From contig SHMX01000001.1 in NCBI GenBank assembly GCA_008080745.1, positions 540,001 through 572,000 on the forward strand: DNA of 32,000 nt, given 5' to 3'. The notes under the pieces are model-generated. The model was given only the letters and a program-made list of their open reading frames with translations. It did not search any database and was not told the origin of the DNA. Every line of letters starts with the position of its first letter. Within the stretch, counting starts at the first letter, position 1. This DNA comes from Candidatus Thorarchaeota archaeon. GTDB lineage: Archaea; Asgardarchaeota; Thorarchaeia; Thorarchaeales; Thorarchaeaceae. Below, one piece after another: positions 23,625 through 32,000 of this stretch. The position numbers were made by a program, and so were the translations under genes.

Positions 23625-26324
23625 CTAATCTTCATCGATATTGCAGGACTGTAACATCATTTGAATGACAGAAGAATGAGTGGACAATATGTCTCGAAGA
23701 CGAACAGATTTTTCCGAATCAATTGTGGAGGGTTCAGTTTCGAGGGAGAGATGATCAGATTGCTTAATTTGTGTTTCCCAAGGTGCTTGCCAAGTTTCAA
23801 GCTCGGAGAAATCAATCGGGTAGATTTGGGCAGCTTCACGTGTCAAATCAATAAGACTACTGAGATTGGTTCGCACCTGAAGAAGCTGTTTCATCAACCA
23901 TGGAATGAGAGTTCTATTTGGAACAGTAGCATACACCCGACTTAATACTTCGATGAGAAGTTCAGCAATTCCTGGTGCAAACGGTAAGGCTAGAACAAAC
24001 CCCATAACATAATCGGGTATCTTTTCCAACAATAATGGATTTGAAAAAAGGTTGTTGAAAAACTCGCGAATAGAGTTCATATCACGCAGACGAACATACC
24101 ATTCAGCAGTCATCAAAAGACCCAGTTTTCGAGGGTCTATCTCATATGTAGGGGCATTAACACTCCTAAGAGCGATAATCAATTGTGACCGGTCACATCC
24201 CATCATAACAGCAAAGTTCTCAAGTGTCAAGGCAAAACTTAGTGACGCCGCAATCTGTTCAGGGGTGGTGCCCCGGTCATCAAAGGTCTGGGGAAGGCTT
24301 GCAGTATAATATGAATATCCCGTTGCAATATAGCTCTTTACCCAGAGGGGAATTCCTCCTGGTGTGGTCTGATAATAATAGACAAGTTCACGAATCAGTC
24401 TGAAGTTTTCGGGCGCATCTTCGATTCCACTGTCATTCATCAGGCGCTCCTCTGCTTTCTTTCCCAGCTCTTCAGAAAAACGAGGACTATCCAAAAGAAG
24501 GATGCTGTCCTTAACTAACTGAAGGACCTCTCCAGACTTGATATCGGTTCTGTTGGCTTTGGTTCTCATGCGTTTGGTTATCACTTGTTCAAGTGATATG
24601 CCCTCATAACCAAGCTGAATCAGTTCAGCTTGATGGTTTCTGAATCGAAGATCCCATGATTCCTGTAGGCGTTCCTTTCCCAATTCGAGTTCACCCATGA
24701 TTGGTTTGACTATTGGAGATGACGGTAAAAGGAACTTTATTCGCCAGAGAACATTAGAACATTGTAGCAAATCAGGATTCTCTCTGAAATCCATGAGAGC
24801 ACGTTGAATCCTCTTCTGGGTGAGATCAACATCTTTCAGCCGACCTAGGACATCATAAACTTCTTTCACGAGTGGGGGAAGAGCAGTATAGCCCACACTT
24901 CCCATGACGTCGAGAGCAATCATTTCTTGACAGAGTTTGAAGATGTCTTTGGTCTTTGGTACATAGTCCTTCTCAAGGCAAGTTACTGCAGCATCCTGAA
25001 AATCATAGAATGTGGGGTGATTTCGTTGTCTCAAATTTGCGAGAAGCTTGGAGGTCTCGAAGATGGCAATAGAGTCAGCAGTGGTTGCTAAATAACCGTG
25101 ATTGCGAGCTAGTGCTACAATCTCCATACAATTTTGAATTAGTTCTCTCTCGTCCTCAGCAAGGAAAGCAGGAGGTTTAGTCAGAAATCCAAGAAGAGCT
25201 TCGTCATCGACGGGTGTGTTGGGTGTGTGGGGATGTTTCTGTGTTTCTTTCTCTTTTCGCTTTAGAGAGAATGGCCTGACACCTGTAGCATTCAATCCTT
25301 TCTTCCATGCACGTTCTGAGATAGAGGCGGTTCCAAGAGGTTGACCGAACTGACGCTCTATCATGGAAAAGCTTACAGGAATCACACCATGTAACCAGTC
25401 AGTATCACTTAACTGTGGGATATCAAACATCTCAGAGCTCTCAACCCCAAACTCGGGAACATCACACACAGTGTGGGCAGCTCCACATATGAAGATGGCC
25501 TCATCGGGTTTGATTCCGTGTTCTTGCATATGTTCTTTGATTCGGGTCCACATGTATCGCTCTCGCCAGCGTGAATCTTTGAGACGATCCATGTTAGTAC
25601 CCAATCTTCTTATGAGACTTCCAATGAGAAACATAATCTGTCGATAGGTCTGATAGTCGCTTCCAAGAACTACTTGGTCTACATACTGATTCCACCATTC
25701 AGAGAAGTGGCGTACGCGAGCGTTTTTGAGAAGAAATGTTACAAATTTTTCAAGAGAGGGTGCCATATCGCCCATCTGAAGCCCAATGGTGGTAGTCAAT
25801 TCCTCATCCTCGGGAGCTTCTTTTGCATTTGTTTGATGATCAGCCCATAAACGCTGGAAGATGTGATCAGTTGAACGATCAATAAAAACAATCTCAACAT
25901 CTTGATTTAGAATCCCAAATGCGATAGCCTGATACTCAGCAGACATCTCAGTAAGGGGAGCTATGACACTCAGAGGGAGTTGAGATGCTGGAAAGGTTCG
26001 TGACCGATTGGCCAATGCTTGAAATGCCACGGGTAATTCACATTCAGTGAGCATAGGAACAAGTTCAATGAGGTCTTCACAGGTCTCAAGATAGATGACC
26101 TTCACAGGTCGACTTCTAAGGCGCTTGATTAATTGGAGAGCAGATGCAGGAGAATGATGAGTTACTGGAAATATTTCAAGAGGTTCGCTCATAGCTCGTT
26201 CTACATCGCTAAGGAGAACATTAAGAATCTCATGGGGCTTCTCACCGGTCTTTCCAAATTCCTTTACGATTGCATCAATTTGTTCCCTCAGAGGTTGATA
26301 ATCGATTTCCATTTTGGTCATCAT
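23625..26324 (-). CDS. DUF5682 family protein (YehM-like)
   Basis: N-terminal 'IFPVTHHSPASA...IYLE', 'RERYM', 'ICGAAH'; long helical C-terminus; adjacent to MoxR and VWA genes. Confidence 0.8.
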   Translation of the reverse strand: MMTKMEIDYQPLREQIDAIVKEFGKTGEKPHEILNVLLSDVERAMSEPLEIFPVTHHSPASALQLIKRLRSRPVKVIYLETCEDLIELVPMLTECELPVAFQALANRSRTFPASQLPLSVIAPLTEMSAEYQAIAFGILNQDVEIVFIDRSTDHIFQRLWADHQTNAKEAPEDEELTTTIGLQMGDMAPSLEKFVTFLLKNARVRHFSEWWNQYVDQVVLGSDYQTYRQIMFLIGSLIRRLGTNMDRLKDSRWRERYMWTRIKEHMQEHGIKPDEAIFICGAAHTVCDVPEFGVESSEMFDIPQLSDTDWLHGVIPVSFSMIERQFGQPLGTASISERAWKKGLNATGVRPFSLKRKEKETQKHPHTPNTPVDDEALLGFLTKPPAFLAEDERELIQNCMEIVALARNHGYLATTADSIAIFETSKLLANLRQRNHPTFYDFQDAAVTCLEKDYVPKTKDIFKLCQEMIALDVMGSVGYTALPPLVKEVYDVLGRLKDVDLTQKRIQRALMDFRENPDLLQCSNVLWRIKFLLPSSPIVKPIMGELELGKERLQESWDLRFRNHQAELIQLGYEGISLEQVITKRMRTKANRTDIKSGEVLQLVKDSILLLDSPRFSEELGKKAEERLMNDSGIEDAPENFRLIRELVYYYQTTPGGIPLWVKSYIATGYSYYTASLPQTFDDRGTTPEQIAASLSFALTLENFAVMMGCDRSQLIIALRSVNAPTYEIDPRKLGLLMTAEWYVRLRDMNSIREFFNNLFSNPLLLEKIPDYVMGFVLALPFAPGIAELLIEVLSRVYATVPNRTLIPWLMKQLLQVRTNLSSLIDLTREAAQIYPIDFSELETWQAPWETQIKQSDHLSLETEPSTIDSEKSVRLRDILSTHSSVIQMMLQSCNIDED

Positions 26325-26345
26325 ACTCCCTCATTTGCTTCAGAG

Positions 26346-27533
26346 TCATATCCGGGTCATAGCATCTTTGCCACCCTTAGCAAAGGAGTCCCAGTCATCA
26401 CCACTTTGTTTTGTCACCACAGCGTGCCAGAACTTGCTAAGTGCAGAAACATCCTCAGGCAATCGTCTTACTAAGGCACCCACTAGAGAACGACCCATTG
26501 TATAACCATCCATCTTACCTTCGCTGAAAAAGGTGCTATACAGAACCGTGTCCTCAATAACACCAATCTGTTCAGCTGTAGACAGAGCAGACTCAATGCG
26601 TTGTTCTTCTGCCCCTTGAGATGCATTATACTTACGAAGATCGTTGAAGGTCTGGATAAGAATCTCTAGAAGCGTAGGAGGAATCTCAACCTTGAACCCA
26701 TGACGGGCCATCAAATCCTTTGTTCTGAATTCGATAATCTCACGTTCGATCTTTTTGCTGGTCACTACAGGAATGTGTATGAAATTGAATCGCCTTTTGA
26801 GAGCTGAAGACATGTCATTCACACCGCGGTCTCTACTGTTTGCCGTGGCTATAACATTGAATCCGGGTTTTGCATACACCATATTACCGATTTCTAGTTC
26901 AGGTATTTTGATGTATTTTTCACTCATAAGAGAGATTAGCGCATCTTGTACATCACTCGTACAGCGAGTCAGTTCCTCAAAACGACCCATACTCCCCTCC
27001 TTCATAGCTACCATGAGAGGCGAGGGAATGAGGGAATCACGCGACTGTCCTTCGGCAATTACCTGTGCAATATTCCAACTGTATTTGATTTGGTCTTCTG
27101 TGGTACCTACAGTGCCCTGTAGAACATTTACGGAATTTCCAGAGATTGCAGCAGCTAATAATTCAGCCAGCCAGCTCTTTCCCGTACCGGGGTCTCCAAT
27201 TAACAATAGCCCTCTATCTGATGCCAAGGTTACTATTGCCCTTTCCACAATGGTATAATCACCATACCATTTTTGTTGAATCTCACGGTCTAACTTGTCA
27301 GATTTCTCGCTGCCAAGAACAAAGATACGAACCATTCGAGGTGATAGCTGCCATGAGAAGGGTTTTGCATCTTCATCCTGCTTCACTAAATATGTCAATT
27401 CCTCTGCGTACTTCATCTCAGCCGGTGCACGTAGCAAGGTTTCGTCGCTATCTTTTGGTTTGCTCTTTTTCGAGGGCGAGGTTTTCGCTTTGGTCTTGGC
27501 TGTTGTCTTTTTTGTTTTCTTTTTTCCAGACAT
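26346..27533 (-). CDS. MoxR-type AAA+ ATPase (AAA_5, YehL-like)
   Basis: Walker A 'GDPGTGKS', Walker B variant 'GRFEELTR', 'TAN', R-finger 'ALKRRF'. GGAGG RBS upstream. Confidence 0.93.
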   Translation of the reverse strand: MSGKKKTKKTTAKTKAKTSPSKKSKPKDSDETLLRAPAEMKYAEELTYLVKQDEDAKPFSWQLSPRMVRIFVLGSEKSDKLDREIQQKWYGDYTIVERAIVTLASDRGLLLIGDPGTGKSWLAELLAAAISGNSVNVLQGTVGTTEDQIKYSWNIAQVIAEGQSRDSLIPSPLMVAMKEGSMGRFEELTRCTSDVQDALISLMSEKYIKIPELEIGNMVYAKPGFNVIATANSRDRGVNDMSSALKRRFNFIHIPVVTSKKIEREIIEFRTKDLMARHGFKVEIPPTLLEILIQTFNDLRKYNASQGAEEQRIESALSTAEQIGVIEDTVLYSTFFSEGKMDGYTMGRSLVGALVRRLPEDVSALSKFWHAVVTKQSGDDWDSFAKGGKDAMTRI

Positions 27534-27549
27534 CCTATTTCCTCCAATA

Positions 27550-28899
27550 TCATGTCACAATTATCTGTTTGAGTTCAGCAATCAGTTTCTTGGGACTGCC
27601 TGAGAGAATCGGATGGCCGATATCCTTCAGACGAACTCGGAACCAAGAATTTACTGAGAAATATCCGGAAGAGGTCATAGCTCCTACCGGAATGAAATTG
27701 ATATCAGAATCAATTATTGATTTGATGTAATCATAAAGTTGGACGTTAGAAGTACCACCTTCATAAAAATCGGTAACAAGAACAATAGCCGTGTCCTTAG
27801 GGTTTGTCACCCGACTGGCTGCCTCAGTCAATGCCGCATAAATGTTAGTTCCACCTCCAAGTTGAGTACGAAGTAGCGCCTCAAAGGGGTCATGCACCCA
27901 AGGAGTCAAGTCTATAATTCGGGTGTCAAAGGCAAGAAGTTCTACTGCAACGTTGGGTACTCCAGCAAAGATGGATGCAAGAATGGAACACTGGACCATA
28001 GAGTCCACCATAGATCCAGATTGGTCAACCACTACAATGATTCGCTTTGGTCGTTTTAGCTTGGCTGTGTGATGATAAAAGAGATGATTGATATACAATT
28101 TCTTGCTCTTTGGGTCATAGTACGGGAGATTTTTCCAAATCGTTCGTCGCAAGTCCAAATTTCTATATACCCGCTTTGGTGGCACGGAATAATCGATTTT
28201 ACCAACAGGTGTCTGAGCCACCATCAATTTCAGAACCTCAGCTAATTCACGAACGAAACGACGTATGATACTCTTTGCATTCTCGAGAGCAACACCTGAA
28301 ATATGAGACTTGTCTCGAAGGAGTTGTTCTACGAGACCCATGGATGGATGCAGCTTTTCTGCAAGTTCTCTATCTTGTAGGATTTCACGCAAGGCCATTC
28401 GTTGTATCATTTGGGTCTCAACAGGTTCAAGAGAGGGGTAGTTCGATTCACTACCACTAGTGCCATGCCCACCACGTAACGAGTCAGGAGGGATATTGAG
28501 TAAAGCAGCTAGGTATTCAACATCTTCGCTCCATTGTTGGAACTGAGATGCCGTAATTGTGGAGGTGTGGGTGTTAGAGCCAAGAGTGTTTGAGAGGGCC
28601 TTGGCCTGGATTAGAAAGACTCTGAGTTGAGTTTCATAATCAAGAGATTCAATTTCTTTTCCGGAGTCTTCTTCGGGAGCTAAAACCAGATTGAATAGTT
28701 CCTGTAATTCAGGATACCTCTGCAGCATAGCTGATATGGATATAGAGGGATTCAGTAAAATCTCAGGTAGATTCAGTTCCTCAAGTATTTGTTTCATGAA
28801 ACTGGAGAATGGGGAGTCATCATCCACCTTGAATGTAGATGACAAAAGATGCCAACATATAATCTGGCGTTTCACTGTAAAGGTTCGTTCATCCATCAT
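27550..28899 (-). CDS. VWA domain protein (VWA_CoxE-like, YehP-like)
   Basis: MIDAS 'VVVDQSGSM', 'GGGT', 'LVTDFYEG'; 'LDLRRTIWKNL' pre-VWA motif. Confidence 0.92.
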   Translation of the reverse strand: MMDERTFTVKRQIICWHLLSSTFKVDDDSPFSSFMKQILEELNLPEILLNPSISISAMLQRYPELQELFNLVLAPEEDSGKEIESLDYETQLRVFLIQAKALSNTLGSNTHTSTITASQFQQWSEDVEYLAALLNIPPDSLRGGHGTSGSESNYPSLEPVETQMIQRMALREILQDRELAEKLHPSMGLVEQLLRDKSHISGVALENAKSIIRRFVRELAEVLKLMVAQTPVGKIDYSVPPKRVYRNLDLRRTIWKNLPYYDPKSKKLYINHLFYHHTAKLKRPKRIIVVVDQSGSMVDSMVQCSILASIFAGVPNVAVELLAFDTRIIDLTPWVHDPFEALLRTQLGGGTNIYAALTEAASRVTNPKDTAIVLVTDFYEGGTSNVQLYDYIKSIIDSDINFIPVGAMTSSGYFSVNSWFRVRLKDIGHPILSGSPKKLIAELKQIIVT

Positions 28900-30287
28900 T
28901 ACTTACTCCTGAGTAATCTACTGGCTCGTTCCTTCAAAATTTTCACAGGGTTGTATCTAGATTTTCCCTCAAACGTGTCGATAAAATTGTACCCAGGGAA
29001 GATAGGCTCTGAGGCTATTTGGTCGGATTTGCCTAATGAGAAGGGCTGAAACCACCAACATGTATTATCATATCGAAATGCACCAAAGATCCATTTTGAC
29101 GTCTTCAGGGTCTTTGTATCAAGTTCCGGAAAGGTACCGGGAATTAACAAAGGAATTGACACTTCACCAATTTTAATGTGAGAAGTACCTGTACCTTTAA
29201 TCTGAAAGGTGTCTGTAAAAATCATCTCAGATACATGAATTGGATGACGATAGAAGGCAGGCAATGTAAGAGGGGTGGAGTTGTTCGTTGGGGATTCTAT
29301 CGAGTAACACGACGACATCATCTCTATCAAGTTAAAGGATTTGCCCGATTTCAAATGAGAATAGGATATTGTAAGATCACCACCCGGTGAGAGTTGACCA
29401 TTCTCAATCTTGAGAGATTGTGCAGATGAGAGTGCGGTAATCAGTGGTTTCAACTCGGGAAATAGAAGCCAGATATGAGATGTATCAATCACATCCACTT
29501 TGAACGAGCTCCGAACTATCCGTACTGAATGTAAATCTTCCTCTGCTTTCAAAAGACCATAAAGTATCACAGAAACAAATTGAGTATGTTGCTGTATTTC
29601 GAGACCTAAGAGAAAAAGGTCACCACTCACAGATTTACAATCAACCTGTATTTTTGGTGACAGTGTCCTCATCATCAATCGACTCCATAGATCAGCCCAT
29701 CGATGCTGAGGAATCATGTCGATATTATGAATAGGTTGGTAATCCATTATCTCGTTGATGAAACCTAGAAGAATAGCATGTGTCTCATTCAGTTCCGGTA
29801 TGGAAACCAACTTCTCAAGAGTGGGTATGAATGGAGTCATTGCATCTGCGCTTAGCCCATCAAATCCTGCTATGGCTATCTCAATAAGCCACTTTTTGAC
29901 TGCGTTCAATATGCCATTTTCGGACCCTTGAGTTTGAAGGGAGGAGAAGGTATCATCTGAAATGATACTAGCTCTTCCAAGAATTGTGGTTAGATAATGC
30001 TGGAGAATCTCATATTGTGCTATCTGCAATGTTGACCGTACCAATGCAATGGTTTCATATGCCTCATCGTTTAGAAGATTTTCATCGAATGCCCTGACTA
30101 ATGCATGAACTCTATTCTGCAGACTTTTGCTAGGAACTGCCTCAGCAAGAGTTCTGAAGATATCGATATCACTGGGTTTTGCATGGCCTGTGCCGACAAG
30201 AAGCAAAGAATCGATGGACTCAATATATGTGTGTAGCTCCTGAAATTGCGTGGGAATCTCACTAAGATGTTCTAAGGTTGCATCCAT
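28899..30287 (-). CDS. Hypothetical protein (462 aa), part of the MoxR/VWA operon
   Basis: Long ORF; its TAA overlaps the VWA ATG by 1 nt at 28899; contains 'RWADLWSR'. Confidence 0.85.
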   Translation of the reverse strand: MDATLEHLSEIPTQFQELHTYIESIDSLLLVGTGHAKPSDIDIFRTLAEAVPSKSLQNRVHALVRAFDENLLNDEAYETIALVRSTLQIAQYEILQHYLTTILGRASIISDDTFSSLQTQGSENGILNAVKKWLIEIAIAGFDGLSADAMTPFIPTLEKLVSIPELNETHAILLGFINEIMDYQPIHNIDMIPQHRWADLWSRLMMRTLSPKIQVDCKSVSGDLFLLGLEIQQHTQFVSVILYGLLKAEEDLHSVRIVRSSFKVDVIDTSHIWLLFPELKPLITALSSAQSLKIENGQLSPGGDLTISYSHLKSGKSFNLIEMMSSCYSIESPTNNSTPLTLPAFYRHPIHVSEMIFTDTFQIKGTGTSHIKIGEVSIPLLIPGTFPELDTKTLKTSKWIFGAFRYDNTCWWFQPFSLGKSDQIASEPIFPGYNFIDTFEGKSRYNPVKILKERASRLLRSK

Positions 30288-30297
30288 GTGAATCCCT

Positions 30298-30768
30298 CTA
30301 GAAGAACCAGGCCATCTCTGGAATATATTCGTTCACAGACTCAACCTCAAGATAGCGAAGATAACCCAAGAACCTGCTGAAGACTTCACTTATGGATTCC
30401 TTTACTTCTGACCCGTGAAGTAGAGCCAGTATATTTCTTGCAGACTTGACCGATTCAGGATTAGTAGGTAATTTGAGATATTCTGCAACCTTCTTTGCAC
30501 CAAACTGTTTGACTGCCTCTTCAAGTAACCATCTTAGATGTTTACAATAAGTACCCCGTAACCCACCACACCTTCTGTTGTTGTTTGTACTGCAATAGTA
30601 ATCATGAGAATTTGCCTTTATGAAAGCTAGGTACACCCTTTCCTTGCTCGATCCTGACGATACCACTCCCTGCAATCGCCCATCATGCAGTTCGACAAAG
30701 GGAACATTATTGACTTTTCGTTTGTCGATTTTTGTTTCTCTATCAGAACCTTGTGTTAGAAATGACAT
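30298..30768 (-). CDS. SWIM-like Zn-finger protein (156 aa), first gene of the operon
   Basis: 'GVVSSGS...VY...YYCSTNNNRRCGGLRGTYCKHL'. GAGGTGA RBS upstream. Confidence 0.75.
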   Translation of the reverse strand: MSFLTQGSDRETKIDKRKVNNVPFVELHDGRLQGVVSSGSSKERVYLAFIKANSHDYYCSTNNNRRCGGLRGTYCKHLRWLLEEAVKQFGAKKVAEYLKLPTNPESVKSARNILALLHGSEVKESISEVFSRFLGYLRYLEVESVNEYIPEMAWFF

Positions 30769-30814
30769 TCTTTTTCACCTCATAACTCACAGATTTGATG
30801 CCCATTTGAAGTCT

Positions 30815-30831
30815 ATTGATTTAAAATCAAT
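30815..30831. promoter_or_regulatory. Palindrome ATTGATTT-A-AAATCAAT overlapping a TATA-like tract upstream of the operon
   Basis: Perfect 8-bp arms in the divergent intergenic region, ~50-60 nt upstream of the 30768 start. Confidence 0.35.
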
Positions 30832-30986
30832 TCGACAGTTGGTTAAGGACTTACACATATAAACCAAGCGGGATATACTAGAAAACGAACTAATTGAGTT
30901 CATAGGATTTGTACGGTTTCTTCCATACAATATCGCTTTTTCTTCGCGCCAGCTTATATTCATTCTAATCGAGATAGACAAGAAAG

Positions 30987-31679
30987 GTGATACCGTTGCT
31001 ACAATGGACTCCAGAAATAATTCAACTCATTCTTGAAATGGCAGAAAGACTCAATGAGAACCTCTATCCACTCTCAGTAATCATCCCATTTGCTTCCGCA
31101 TTATCATTTGTCATCCTAATATTATATGCAAAGCAGAATCCAGGAAACAAAAGTAGTACGTATCTCAAAATACTTTTTGCAGTCATTTACATCTATAGTG
31201 GCTGGACAATCCTTCTTATGATATATGAAGAAGCTGCTCTTGCAATAATAGGTGGGGCTGCTATGTGGGGAATTGCAATATTGCTTCTTTTGGATGTTTA
31301 TTGGAAAAAGGCCACATTTACATTCTCTTTAGAATCCCATAGATGGGTTAGAATCATTGGTCTGATCCTCATCATTTCAGGCCTCCTAGTATATCCGCTC
31401 CTTGAGATAGCGACAGGTCACACATGGCCCGCAATGGTTTTGTTCACTGCTGAATGCCCAACCACCACATCTCTGATTGGGCTTTATCTTACTGCGGTGC
31501 CAAAGACAAACAAATTACTTCTAGCAATTATCTCACTCAATGCAGCTTATACAGGGTTTGCGGTTGCTCTAGCTGGTTTTCTAACTGATGCATTGTATGG
31601 TATTGCGGGAGTGTTTGGGCTCCTTACTCTAATCATCTACTGGAGAGAAATATCATTTCTACCACTCAAAGAAGAGTAA
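30987..31679 (+). CDS. Multi-TM membrane protein, DUF6064-like
   Basis: About 7 TM segments; 'N..LYP', 'GH.WPAM...ECPTT...G', 'D..YG' resemble DUF6064. Confidence 0.65.
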   Translation: MIPLLQWTPEIIQLILEMAERLNENLYPLSVIIPFASALSFVILILYAKQNPGNKSSTYLKILFAVIYIYSGWTILLMIYEEAALAIIGGAAMWGIAILLLLDVYWKKATFTFSLESHRWVRIIGLILIISGLLVYPLLEIATGHTWPAMVLFTAECPTTTSLIGLYLTAVPKTNKLLLAIISLNAAYTGFAVALAGFLTDALYGIAGVFGLLTLIIYWREISFLPLKEE

Positions 31680-31686
31680 ATCTGAT

Positions 31687-32000
31687 TCACGTATACTCGA
31701 GCTCTTTTAGTTGAACTTCAATAGCATGCTCCTTCAAGGACCGATGAAGGCGATTGAACCAATAAACTGCCCTAGGTCCTTGTAGGAATAGACACTGTGA
31801 GAAGCCAAGATTGTTATCTAGGGAGGGAAGGAATACAACACCACCACGTTCAGTAAACCCATAACCAATATTGCATGGCTTTTTCATATAGAATAGACGA
31901 GTAACATCAGTAGAAACATTACGTATGAGAACACTATCAGCAGAGAGACCCTTGAGCGATTCAATCACCTCTTTTGGAAAGACAAATTCGCTATCAATAC
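31687..32000 (-). CDS. 3' end of a hypothetical protein running off the window
   Basis: The frame of ORF 31687..31968 stays open to the window edge (IDSEFVFPKE-VIESL...). Confidence 0.55.
   Translation of the reverse strand, partial: IDSEFVFPKEVIESLKGLSADSVLIRNVSTDVTRLFYMKKPCNIGYGFTERGGVVFLPSLDNNLGFSQCLFLQGPRAVYWFNRLHRSLKEHAIEVQLKELEYT

Noticed and set aside
23400-23654. 84-aa ORF between convergent genes
   Set aside because: It overlaps both neighbours' ends and shows no recognisable motif or RBS.
26755-27730. Plus-strand ORFs of 167 and 194 aa
   Set aside because: Antisense to the MoxR and VWA genes, with no recognisable motifs.
30816-30830. FNR box
   Set aside because: Spacing is TTGAT-N5-ATCAA, not N4.
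1-32000. tRNA, rRNA or CRISPR loci
   Set aside because: None was recognisable by eye. A tRNAscan-SE/Infernal run is needed to exclude divergent or intron-containing RNAs.

Overview
AT-rich archaeal genomic window, most consistent with an Asgard archaeon, possibly Thorarchaeia. This is inferred from eS26, a TPR-longin protein, GGTGA/GAGGTGA ribosome-binding sites and many Zn-ribbon proteins; no database search was possible. Left third: a 2701-aa single-pass surface protein (signal peptide, 3x DUF2341/lectin-like units, 15 Ig-like repeats, TM) whose cytoplasmic tail looks like an adaptin 'ear' (sandwich + platform) plus a Zn ribbon. Nearby are a decayed paralog of that tail, a dispersed repeat that preserves a short ORF (MGREIFGPE...), and several pseudogenes. 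Middle: IS607-family debris (left end + tnpA pseudogene; a mini tnpB/right-end element that may retain the omega-RNA region) bracketing a histidine kinase, a TPR-longin gene and a small membrane protein. These are followed by an orphan Type III Mod-like methyltransferase, rps26e and accessory genes. Right third: an apparently intact five-gene yehLMPQ-like operon of unknown function (SWIM-like, hypothetical, VWA, MoxR AAA+, DUF5682). I saw no rRNA, tRNA or CRISPR array.
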